From: a virus
Length of the DNA stretch: 56,730 bases
Direction: 5' to 3' (one strand)
IMG/VR virus record: IMGVR_UViG_3300002062_000002
This document shows, piece after piece, positions 30,976 through 39,538 of this stretch. The position numbers were made by a program, and so were the translations under genes. The notes beneath the pieces are model-generated. The model searched no databases. It worked only from the letters and a program-made list of their open reading frames with translations, and was not told the origin of the DNA. Each line of letters opens with the position of its first letter. Position 1 is the stretch's first letter.

Positions 30976-31055
30976 TCAAGTGACAACGATGAACCCACCC
31001 CGTTTCCGGTTTTGGATAACATACCTTTAATTAACCTGTAACAAGGACACAGCAC

Positions 31056-31445
31056 ATGATTTTTGCACACTTAACAATTACAACCGATGAAGATAGACTT
31101 ACGAAGACTCCGGATAAAGGGGAGTTTATTATTGTCCAGCCCAGTAATAAATTGTTTATGGGTGACGGCACTACTGCGGGCGGACTAGACACAAACAAAA
31201 CCGCAACCCAGCGTACTACTGCATATCGCCAACCCGACGCTCGACGAGTCGATGTACTATTGGGAACTCAAAACATTATCACGTTCCTTGATGCACAGTT
31301 AGATATGGCCGACCGTCAACCTCGCAGTAGAGAGTTTACCGAACTATATGACTTGGGTGGAGATAACCCTAATCCAATATACGCACTCACATTAAACCCT
31401 ACCGCAAAAACATACACGCCTGGCGACATTGCGTTTATTTATTAA
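31056..31445 (+). CDS. Small fibre adaptor protein with an Mtd_N/hyaluronidase-N-like motif
   Basis: PDKGEFIIVQPSNKLFMGDGTTAGG matches the GE....L..GDG.T.GG pattern. Confidence 0.55.
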   Translation: MIFAHLTITTDEDRLTKTPDKGEFIIVQPSNKLFMGDGTTAGGLDTNKTATQRTTAYRQPDARRVDVLLGTQNIITFLDAQLDMADRQPRSREFTELYDLGGDNPNPIYALTLNPTAKTYTPGDIAFIY

Positions 31446-31465
31446 ATTTAATATGGAGAAGTAAC

Positions 31466-32458
31466 ATGCCAGATATTTATATAGGCGATGTAAACAATGT
31501 AGTAAAGGTACGATCTATTTTAGTTATCGATGGATATGGCGAAGAAATCAGACCGGGATATGCGCCCCCCATCCTTAGAACCGTGTGGTCATTTGAAGAC
31601 CAGGTGGAACAGGGTTTAATTGAACCCACTAAGCAGGTGGTCAGCACTACTTTTTCAACCACAAAAGAAACGAGCACCCGTTTAAGCATTCGTCGTTTTA
31701 CGGATAAAGCCACCTCTACCGAATTTCTTACGGGTACTAAGTTCAAAACTGATATACCTGTAAACATTACCGCTAAACGTCTTACTACCACACAGTGGGC
31801 GGAGTCGGTTACTACGGCATTTCTAACCAGTAAAGAAGGCGTTACTGAAGTGCAGATGATATTGGACGAGAATGGCGCTACGCCCGTTCCGGAAGGTAGT
31901 GTCGTTATTGGCCCTAGTACAATAATGCAGGCTCCAACTAACGAGGTATGGGGAACATCATCAAAAACGGATGTTATAAAAACAGCATCGACGGTAACGG
32001 CATGGGAAACACCCGATGTATCGGTTGATGTTTATGCCGTTACCAATACCTCAATGGAGTTGTTGACCCGAAAGCAAACTGAACGGTTAGTTGGATATGC
32101 TACGGAAACAACATTCGACACTACCATGTCCACTACGGTAATTGATGACTCCCCCTCGGAAAAAACGACCTCTAAATTAACTCGGGTATCCACCACACCA
32201 ACCTGGAACACCTCACTTAATAGAATTCAAAATACAACAGCGGATGACGGCAGTATAAAATCTACGTCAACCCCAACGCACTTTGAAACCTCGGGTAAAA
32301 TTCTATTCAATACAGTAACGGCATTTAAAACCGCGTTAGAAGATCCCCGATACACAGTAAATATAACGACATTCTATACGGGACAGAGAACATTAGAGGA
32401 CGGCACCACGTCACCTGGCACGCCCGTCACTAATTGGATTACTGAGTTTTTAGATTAA
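31466..32458 (+). CDS. Thr-rich fibre-associated protein
   Basis: 330 aa with TxFxT/TxWxT motifs like those of the downstream gene; GGAG RBS. Confidence 0.65.
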   Translation: MPDIYIGDVNNVVKVRSILVIDGYGEEIRPGYAPPILRTVWSFEDQVEQGLIEPTKQVVSTTFSTTKETSTRLSIRRFTDKATSTEFLTGTKFKTDIPVNITAKRLTTTQWAESVTTAFLTSKEGVTEVQMILDENGATPVPEGSVVIGPSTIMQAPTNEVWGTSSKTDVIKTASTVTAWETPDVSVDVYAVTNTSMELLTRKQTERLVGYATETTFDTTMSTTVIDDSPSEKTTSKLTRVSTTPTWNTSLNRIQNTTADDGSIKSTSTPTHFETSGKILFNTVTAFKTALEDPRYTVNITTFYTGQRTLEDGTTSPGTPVTNWITEFLD

Positions 32459-32471
32459 TATCAAATAAGCT

Positions 32472-32502
32472 GGAGAGGGGTGCCGTCCCTCTCCGCTATG
32501 CC
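32472..32502 (+). terminator. Hairpin + CTATGCC element
   Basis: GGAGAGGG/CCCTCTCC stem then CTATGCC. Confidence 0.65.
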
Positions 32503-32570
32503 ATTTACTATGACTGGACGCAGTTACATACGTATTTTTTATTCTAGAATTTAATTTAAGGAATTGATCA

Positions 32571-35500
32571 ATGAGAGAGTCTATTATTAGATACCCTCTT
32601 GATACAACGGCACAAAGTTCATCTAACCGAGTGAATAATGAGCTGTATGTTATTGAGGCAGGGAGTTACCTTACCCGCGTTGTTAGATCCGGGCCCTTTT
32701 TTAGTGAGTCGTTGGTTATACAAGATATTGCTGGGGGTGAACCCTGGGTACGGGGTACCGACTATGTTGTTAGTAATCTATTCGAAGATGCCACAGTAAA
32801 AACAGGTAAAGAAGTACATATTTCATTTACCATACTGCGCCCTACTTTTGTTGGTGAATTACTGCTAAGTTATGGTGTTGTTGGTGGAGAGTTTTCTACA
32901 TTATACCCCACCGTGGTAGATATTGTAGATGCCATTAAGTCTAACTATGAAAATATTAGCTATGGCGACTTAACCAACGTACCGTTAACATTTCCTCCCA
33001 AAAGTCATTTACACAACATGGCAACGGATGCACGTGGATTAGATCCTCTCATTGAAGAGATACAGGCTTTGGGAAGTAAATTAAACGATGCCATTCTATT
33101 TAATTTATCGCCAGTAGAGCGATTAGTTAACGACGCGGTATTGCGTAATGATAGATTGCAACGACAGCCCTTTGAGGGGTCAATGTTTATAGGCAGTCAT
33201 ACTGGACATGTTACGTTTATTATGCCTGGAACGCTGTCTCGTAGTTCCACTTTTACTGTTAAAATGCAAATACGAAACAATGAGAACTTTGAAGATTTTG
33301 CGGTCACGGCCCGGGAAACCGTTGAAGGTGCAACCAACGCCATTGTCCATAACGACAGCGATTATAGTGCTGCCGTATATCGAGATAAAAACGGTGCTTT
33401 ATGCGTAACGGTAGGCACTGGGTCAACTACGTGGTTAAACGCCACACTGGCCATTGACTCTATTTTGTGGGATGAAATAGACGACGTATACCGCGACGTT
33501 CCGGTGCGTTGGTCGTTATTGCCCATGATAACGCTAGAAACTCGTGCCCCTACATACCTAGAAAACTTCCTTACGGTTGGTGCAGTACCTGAAAATAAAG
33601 TGTACGGGTACAGTTCAGGGAAACCTTTTGTGGGATTAACTCGTAGCGACGGGCAAGCGAGGGGGGATACTGTGGATAAAATAGAAGCCGTGATTTCTGC
33701 GTTGCCCACTGACGTGATTGGTGACATGGCTAGACCTACGTTATTTAATGAGCCCATCGAACAATGGATAGCGTACACCGATGAAACCGGACCTAAAACG
33801 CTTATACGCATAAGTAGTGGAAATGAACAGATAGATAATACCGTACTGCGTATAAACACAAAATCTGGACTTGCCGTATCCAGTAGACCTATGTACTTAG
33901 GCGATGGTTCTTTGGCCTGGTTATTTCATGGCAACGCATTGCCTGAGTGGTACTATGAAAACGTGGGGCGGGTTGTCCAATTGCGCATAGAGGCGGCATC
34001 GGATCTATCGAGTAGAAACTATAATGCAGTGGAAGTTCCAGAAGACCTTACGCCGTTTATAGATGAAATTAACCCCATTCGTCAAACTTCATTTGATACG
34101 GCCGTGGGTACGACTTTACCGGAAATAGCTAGACGAATTGTATCTACGGGTTGGCAGACAGATATAGGTCCAAGTACATCTACAAGTAGAACGGTTAGTG
34201 TCAATACACAACAACTTACCGTTAAAAATACAACATTGACAGGTGACGGCGAGTTTACAACAAACTTTAATACGTCTAAGGCTACCAATACCACATTTTT
34301 AACGGACGTTAATACCACTACGGGTAGGCAGACCTCACAAAATACCAATACAACTAGAGTGACGGTGGTAAGCGTACCCACCAACCGTTCTACTTCGGTG
34401 GTTACCAATACACAACGACTAACGACGCAAATTAATACCGACCTTAGAGATACTTCTGTATCGACCACTACAAACTTTAATACTAATGTCAATACCAACA
34501 CGTCCCGCTCTACGAATTTGACTACGTCAGCAAATATCAATACGACATTTGCAACCACCACATCCTTTAATACCAATGTAGATCAAAGTAGATCAACTAG
34601 TACGGTGTGGAGTACGTCTAGAAGTACAAGTTTTGGAACAAGTAGAAATACAGTCACTACCTTTAATACCAATGCTGAATCTAGGTTCTTAACGTCTACC
34701 GTAGCCATTACTACTTTTACGGCAAGTACGGACGTTAACACAGAAACGGGTATAACGACTACGTTTAATACTACGGTAAGTAAGAATACACTTAAAGGCA
34801 CCACCCAAAGTGTTATACGGGGTACAACAGCAAGTAGAAGTACACAAGTAAATACTAATCGTTATACTAGTTACTACACCAATATCATCCAGCCAGGTGC
34901 TGATACAGACGGATTTGGTCAGTATGTCGATACGTTTTTTACCGAAACGGTATTTACTTCACGCAACACGACTATAGATGTTAATACGGAATTTACCACG
35001 CAAACAACGGACACCACGAACTTTAACACTACGGTTTCTACTTCATCTACCCTCAGTACGTCTAGGGCTACTACTAGAAGTACGGTAACCTCTAGAAACA
35101 CATCTAAGGCAAGGAACACAAATCGGAATACAAACACCACGGTAAACTTTACAAGAAGCACAACTAAGACAACCGGAACCAATTGGACTACCAATAGAAA
35201 CACTACGTTTGATACAACGCGTAGTACTACCACCGATTGGACAACTACAAGGGGGACAACGAAATCTACCAATACTAGCAGGTCAACGGCCACTAGTTTT
35301 GTTACTAGTCGCAACACCACTTTTAGTACGGTAACGGTAAGAAACACATCTAATGCTACAAATACGTTTAAGGTAACGGACGCAACAGAGAGCACGACGT
35401 TTAACACAACGATATCCACCAACACCGTGTTTAATACCGAAATCTCAACAAACTCCAATCGTAACACATCGGTGTCAACTGAAACCAATTGGACGACACA

Positions 35501-35879
35501 GTTTAGTACGATCACTAATGCAAATACATCTAAAGCTACCAACACCACTTTCATTACATCTAAATCTACACAGGCTATAAATGAAGTGGACTTTGAGAGA
35601 TTAACCAATTCTACCGTAACACGTTCTACTCAAGTAGAAAGGTTTAGCATTAGAAATACTTCAGTTACCATAGACGTAGAGAATCAAGCTATTACCAATA
35701 CCCGTTTCTTAACCACGGTGGAAAAAGCCACACTCTCTAATTCTAGTATGTCAGTAGCTCGCCTTACTGCTAACATAGAAACCCGAGATACGACTATTTC
35801 TACGTTAGCTGAAGTAGAGACATTTAGTGTTCGTTATACCAATGGATATACGGCCACATACAGTTTGAAACAATTATAA
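32571..35879 (+). CDS. Tail fibre protein, segment 1: phiKZ-type anchor domain plus ~580-aa Thr/Ser/Asn-rich repeat region
   Basis: YPLDTTAQSSSNRVNNE, GPFFSES, GTDY, YGVVGGEF, FPPKSHLH anchor motifs, then TSRST/TSRNT/TFNT repeats. Confidence 0.8.
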   Translation: MRESIIRYPLDTTAQSSSNRVNNELYVIEAGSYLTRVVRSGPFFSESLVIQDIAGGEPWVRGTDYVVSNLFEDATVKTGKEVHISFTILRPTFVGELLLSYGVVGGEFSTLYPTVVDIVDAIKSNYENISYGDLTNVPLTFPPKSHLHNMATDARGLDPLIEEIQALGSKLNDAILFNLSPVERLVNDAVLRNDRLQRQPFEGSMFIGSHTGHVTFIMPGTLSRSSTFTVKMQIRNNENFEDFAVTARETVEGATNAIVHNDSDYSAAVYRDKNGALCVTVGTGSTTWLNATLAIDSILWDEIDDVYRDVPVRWSLLPMITLETRAPTYLENFLTVGAVPENKVYGYSSGKPFVGLTRSDGQARGDTVDKIEAVISALPTDVIGDMARPTLFNEPIEQWIAYTDETGPKTLIRISSGNEQIDNTVLRINTKSGLAVSSRPMYLGDGSLAWLFHGNALPEWYYENVGRVVQLRIEAASDLSSRNYNAVEVPEDLTPFIDEINPIRQTSFDTAVGTTLPEIARRIVSTGWQTDIGPSTSTSRTVSVNTQQLTVKNTTLTGDGEFTTNFNTSKATNTTFLTDVNTTTGRQTSQNTNTTRVTVVSVPTNRSTSVVTNTQRLTTQINTDLRDTSVSTTTNFNTNVNTNTSRSTNLTTSANINTTFATTTSFNTNVDQSRSTSTVWSTSRSTSFGTSRNTVTTFNTNAESRFLTSTVAITTFTASTDVNTETGITTTFNTTVSKNTLKGTTQSVIRGTTASRSTQVNTNRYTSYYTNIIQPGADTDGFGQYVDTFFTETVFTSRNTTIDVNTEFTTQTTDTTNFNTTVSTSSTLSTSRATTRSTVTSRNTSKARNTNRNTNTTVNFTRSTTKTTGTNWTTNRNTTFDTTRSTTTDWTTTRGTTKSTNTSRSTATSFVTSRNTTFSTVTVRNTSNATNTFKVTDATESTTFNTTISTNTVFNTEISTNSNRNTSVSTETNWTTQFSTITNANTSKATNTTFITSKSTQAINEVDFERLTNSTVTRSTQVERFSIRNTSVTIDVENQAITNTRFLTTVEKATLSNSSMSVARLTANIETRDTTISTLAEVETFSVRYTNGYTATYSLKQL
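35804..35862 (+). repeat. 59-bp direct repeat, copy 1
   Basis: GTTAGCTGAAGTAGAGACATTTAGTGTTCGTTATACCAATGGATATACGGCCACATACA. Confidence 0.95.
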
Positions 35880-36280
35880 CTCGCCAAAGTCAAAAATTAA
35901 CACAGGTACAAACTACCCGGGAGACTCAAAGTGACGAGTATACATCCGTACCTGGAGGGTTTGGCTATGTAAATACTAGACCCATTGTAAACACGGAGGT
36001 AAACACTAATGGGTATACGTCGTATGACCCGCTTACACAATACGTAAACACTAGTTACCACGTTACGGTACCGGTTGCCGGCAGCACGCTAAGGCAAACG
36101 TATGAAGTCATAGGGGAGGCGGTAGCTAAAAATACTACGGTTGAGGTAGAAACGGCTAGAAATACTATTACGGATTGGATGTCTACATTACAAACAAATA
36201 GAAATACCGGAGAGTTAGCTAAAGTAGAGACATTTAGTGTTCGTTATACCAATGGATATACGGCCACATACAACGTTTAA
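35828..36280 (+). CDS. Fibre gene segment 2: stop-free frame with no usable start codon, absent from the ORF track
   Basis: Frame -1 relative to segment 1: QFETIITRQSQKLTQVQTTRETQSDEYTSVPGGFGYVNTRPIVNTEVNTNGYTS...TARNTITDWMSTLQTNRNTGELAKVETFSVRYTNGYTATYNV*. Same Thr-rich style as segment 1. Confidence 0.7.
   Translation, partial: CSLYQWIYGHIQFETIITRQSQKLTQVQTTRETQSDEYTSVPGGFGYVNTRPIVNTEVNTNGYTSYDPLTQYVNTSYHVTVPVAGSTLRQTYEVIGEAVAKNTTVEVETARNTITDWMSTLQTNRNTGELAKVETFSVRYTNGYTATYNV
36214..36272 (+). repeat. 59-bp direct repeat, copy 2 (one mismatch, A instead of G)
   Basis: GTTAGCTAAAGTAGAGACATTTAGTGTTCGTTATACCAATGGATATACGGCCACATACA, 410 bp after copy 1. Confidence 0.95.
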
Positions 36281-36725
36281 TACTACTGTCCAAACTACAT
36301 TTAACACCAGTGCAACTATTAACACAGCATTTTTAACTACAGTAGAAACCAATTCTACCCTCGAGGAGGCATTGCGCGAAACACAAACTACCGTAAATAC
36401 TACAATCTCGACACAGTGGGTGACGCAGGTAGCCACGTTACTTGTAGATACTCGAAATACGGAAGTGTTATGGAGAACAGGCGACCCCGAAAATCCAACG
36501 GAAGATATAACCACATCTACGTCTTTGGCGACTTCAGTGTTGACAAATATTAACACCGCATTGTCAACGGGAACTACGTTTATCACTAACGTAGGGGATG
36601 TTCGATTAACCGAGCATGATGCAAATACTGTTCGCGATACGACTCGGTCAACCGACGTACTAACGGATATATCAATGCCCACTCAAATTGTATCGGTAAC
36701 TACACGAGATACATCTTCTTTGTAA
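36237..36725 (+). CDS. Fibre gene segment 3 (Thr-rich)
   Basis: TTFNTTVQTTFNTS...TTRDTSSL*; frame +1 relative to segment 2; its annotated start lies inside repeat copy 2 with no clear RBS. Confidence 0.7.
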   Translation: MFVIPMDIRPHTTFNTTVQTTFNTSATINTAFLTTVETNSTLEEALRETQTTVNTTISTQWVTQVATLLVDTRNTEVLWRTGDPENPTEDITTSTSLATSVLTNINTALSTGTTFITNVGDVRLTEHDANTVRDTTRSTDVLTDISMPTQIVSVTTRDTSSL

Positions 36726-36783
36726 TAAATACGTCCAGGGGAGACCCTGGACTTTAACGAAAATACGGTATAGGAGAACTACA

Positions 36784-37374
36784 ATGCTTCGTTCTAAGCG
36801 CGATATAATTATGCACTCGATAACGAAAAAAGAAAAGGGGTATGTTAACCACAAACACGATAGGGGTAAGGCTACACGCTGGGGTATAACTACAGCAACC
36901 GCCGAGAGACACATGAACCTATGGGAAAAGTATAAGTTTAAGGGCGACATGCGAGTCCTGCCTGTGGAAATGGCATATGAAATTTATGTCACTAAATATT
37001 GGGATAGTGAAAACATTGATTTAATTCTTTCCGCCTCCCCACTACTGGCAAAGGAAATATTTGATACAAACGTATTACATGGCCCCGGGCATGCCGTGCG
37101 ATGGATGCAGCGTTTATTAAATGTATTTAATCGGCGTGAAACATTATTTCCTAAGTTAAAAACGGATGGGGATATTGGTAAAAAGACACAAAATGCACTA
37201 TTGGCGTTTGGGGCATTACGAGGAGAGGAGGGGTATAAGGTTATATTTACTTTAATGAATTCCTTTCAGGGCGTGTATGTAGTTGAGATCGCAGAAGCGG
37301 ACGATACCCAAGAATCAAATGTATATGGGTGGGGCAGAACACGCGTCTATAACGATTTATTAGACGGCTTATAG
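36784..37374 (+). CDS. Endolysin, glycoside hydrolase family 108 with C-terminal peptidoglycan-binding region
   Basis: KEKGYVNHKHDRGKATRWGIT (EGGY..HP.D.GG.T..GIT motif), IYVTKYW, FDTNVLHG, DGDIGKKT, YGWGRTRV. Confidence 0.88.
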   Translation: MLRSKRDIIMHSITKKEKGYVNHKHDRGKATRWGITTATAERHMNLWEKYKFKGDMRVLPVEMAYEIYVTKYWDSENIDLILSASPLLAKEIFDTNVLHGPGHAVRWMQRLLNVFNRRETLFPKLKTDGDIGKKTQNALLAFGALRGEEGYKVIFTLMNSFQGVYVVEIAEADDTQESNVYGWGRTRVYNDLLDGL

Positions 37375-37399
37375 TTAACAATATAAACGGAGTTATATA

Positions 37400-37828
37400 A
37401 TGCATGTTATAATACAAGGCATTCGGGCATATCAACTTGCAAAGGATCGGGAAGGATTATATTTGTACGCGCTAACGGCTGATCATATTGATTCCGACTA
37501 CAATGAATTTGTTGTCCCCATGGGATTTGTTACAAATGGCGCTACAATACCTAGGTGGTTGAGGAAACGCATTTACCCTACGGGAGAGCTGTTTAGAGCG
37601 GCTGTGGTACACGATTATTTATATTGGTCACATGACCTCGTCACTCGGCGGCAAGCGGATAAGATATTTCGTCGTATTTTATGTAATGATACTGATCCTA
37701 TACTGCGTCGTATTTTATTACCTTGGCCGGCGTGGTTAGCACTACGTATTACGGGTAAGAAATACTGGCCCAGTAAACGTAACTTTGCCGAGCAGCCCTA
37801 CCTGGACGAGGATAACTATCCTTGGTGA
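37400..37828 (+). CDS. DUF1353-family protein
   Basis: VPMGFVTNGATIPRW...AAVVHDYLY...RRQADKIF. Confidence 0.8.
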   Translation: MHVIIQGIRAYQLAKDREGLYLYALTADHIDSDYNEFVVPMGFVTNGATIPRWLRKRIYPTGELFRAAVVHDYLYWSHDLVTRRQADKIFRRILCNDTDPILRRILLPWPAWLALRITGKKYWPSKRNFAEQPYLDEDNYPW

Positions 37829-37917
37829 CGTCGGCATAAATGACGGTTTCCCGCCCAGACATAAAAAACCCACCGCTTTAGGGCGGTGGTAAAATTACAA
37901 TAACCATTATTAGCACC

Positions 37918-37975
37918 GCAGTTAGATACCTTCTCCGCTTTCGTTATGGTATCTAACTGCGTATACTATATGCCG
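37918..37975 (+). terminator. 13-bp stem hairpin + TATGCCG element
   Basis: GCAGTTAGATACC...GGTATCTAACTGC then TATATGCCG; a minus-strand counterpart CGGCATAAA is at 37832. Confidence 0.55.
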
Positions 37976-37977
37976 AT

Positions 37978-38622
37978 TTACTTTTTAAAAATTTTATCGA
38001 CTACTTTACGCGACAAGCTAGTGGGTTTTGTTATATCAAACCCCGCCCGCTCACTGGCTTGGACGTTCTTATCCATACTACGGTCATGGAAATATGAACG
38101 GATAACCCAACAAGGAAAGGCCAATAATGTCATTAGGGTTTGGGTGTCGGGTAATAGATTAGATATGGCCGCCATCTTAGTGGCGTCCCAGGCTTCTCCG
38201 GCTCCCATTTTTTGTATTATCATAATTGAAACGGTACCGTGCAATATGATTGTACCCAAAATACCAACCACCACAAGTCCCAGCATGGCATATACCGTAA
38301 TGGGGCGGGTGCGGCTACCCTTTGCTTCATTGGCCAATAATGCCAATTGTACCTTAGTGGCATTGTCATCCAAATGATTAACGGATTGTATTGCCGCTAA
38401 TTCCCGTGCCGTGTTCCCTTTGGCAATGCTCACCTGGGATTCAATAGGAAGTGATTGTATTGCAGTGGCCACTTCTAGCCCAGTTGCCGTTTCGGGATTT
38501 ATCTTATCGGGTTCCCCCAAAAATTCATTTACCTCACCAATTAACTTATTCCCTAAACTAGGTAAAATGACGGATAATAAACCCCCGCCAATTGATTTAA
38601 GTACCGCTAAAAAGCTTCCCAT
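37978..38622 (-). CDS. Putative holin-like membrane protein
   Basis: GGAG RBS before ATG 38622; hydrophobic segments, SRTRP and YFHDRSMDK (like 3TM-holin W..RP and YFG.R..EK); next to the endolysin. Confidence 0.55.
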   Translation of the reverse strand: MGSFLAVLKSIGGGLLSVILPSLGNKLIGEVNEFLGEPDKINPETATGLEVATAIQSLPIESQVSIAKGNTARELAAIQSVNHLDDNATKVQLALLANEAKGSRTRPITVYAMLGLVVVGILGTIILHGTVSIMIIQKMGAGEAWDATKMAAISNLLPDTQTLMTLLAFPCWVIRSYFHDRSMDKNVQASERAGFDITKPTSLSRKVVDKIFKK

Positions 38623-39084
38623 AACTCTCTCCGTTTTTCCATATAAAAAAATGCCTTTCGAATGGCCCAACTATAATGTAATATCTTTGCTTCTACCGGA
38701 TGCCCATACCGTTTAACCGTGCACACGTCACGCTCTTTAATACGTGTAAATTCATTTCCCGCTAGAAACTGCACAGCCTCCTACATCGCCACAGGAGGCC
38801 CTGGGTTCAGTGCCCATAGTAAGGTATCAAATTCAAACCTAATGTCGGTTAGCATTCCTTGCTGAGTTAAAGACATTAACATACCGGATATATTTATGTG
38901 CGAGCGAGGCTGCTCACCGGTAGATGTGGTATTCAAGTCATTACAACGGACGACGCCTTTGCCTTAATAGTCTTTCACTTTTCCCAATAGAGAAAACTCC
39001 CCCTGTTCATAATTATACCTTTACAGGGATTCTCATGTTTGATTGGCGTAGTCTTTAGCTTATCTAGGGAAGTAATGGTATCTT

Positions 39085-39534
39085 CTATAGTGGTGCTTTT
39101 TTTTTTAGTATTGCATTTACATTATCCGCAACATCTGTTTTATTATCGTGCATGGGTAATATATGGGCGGATGGAACAATATGGTTTTTTGTATTGTGAC
39201 CTATTATAAACGTAATGTCTTCGGACATGGCGTCTTTAAAATGGGTTAGTATTCGGTCCCTACACTGAATCGATGCGCGTTGATATTGCGTATATTGAGT
39301 ATGCATTCCACCGGACGCAACGACCACGCCATTATTTTCTAAAGTGGGTGAAATTAGACGACGATAAACGGTTTGCTTTCGAATTAGCATAGCTTGGGAG
39401 CAGGCAGATATGTCGATGGGGGAGTCCCCCACAAATATAATATCCGACACTCCCCGACCAATAAAAAATTCTACAATCGCCCGGATGGCCCAATCACGAA
39501 CTTGTCCGGTTTCCCCGTTGACGGATATGAGCAT
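39085..39534 (-). CDS. Degenerate thymidylate-kinase-like protein
   Basis: MLISVNGETG and LISPTLENNGVVVASGG parallel MYIAIEGCDG and VIVPALEKGHVIVSDRG of the adjacent tmk, but GKS and DR are lost. Confidence 0.55.
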   Translation of the reverse strand: MLISVNGETGQVRDWAIRAIVEFFIGRGVSDIIFVGDSPIDISACSQAMLIRKQTVYRRLISPTLENNGVVVASGGMHTQYTQYQRASIQCRDRILTHFKDAMSEDITFIIGHNTKNHIVPSAHILPMHDNKTDVADNVNAILKKKAPL

Positions 39535-39538
39535 GTAG

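Noticed and set aside
35804-36272. Repeat pair as a diversity-generating retroelement VR/TR
   Set aside because: The single mismatch is at an adenine and copy 1 is at a gene's 3' end, but the repeat is only 59 bp, copy 2 lies in a coding frame, and no reverse transcriptase is visible in the window.
35804-36272. CRISPR array or shufflon
   Set aside because: Only two direct repeats 410 bp apart, no cas or invertase gene; deletion between the copies still gives an immediate stop and does not fuse segment 3.
34082-36682. Val/Leu-rich minus-strand ORFs
   Set aside because: Antisense shadows of the Thr-rich (ACN-codon) fibre gene.
38760-38840. tRNA gene
   Set aside because: A GGGTTCA stretch hints at a T-arm, but no consistent cloverleaf or acceptor stem could be built.
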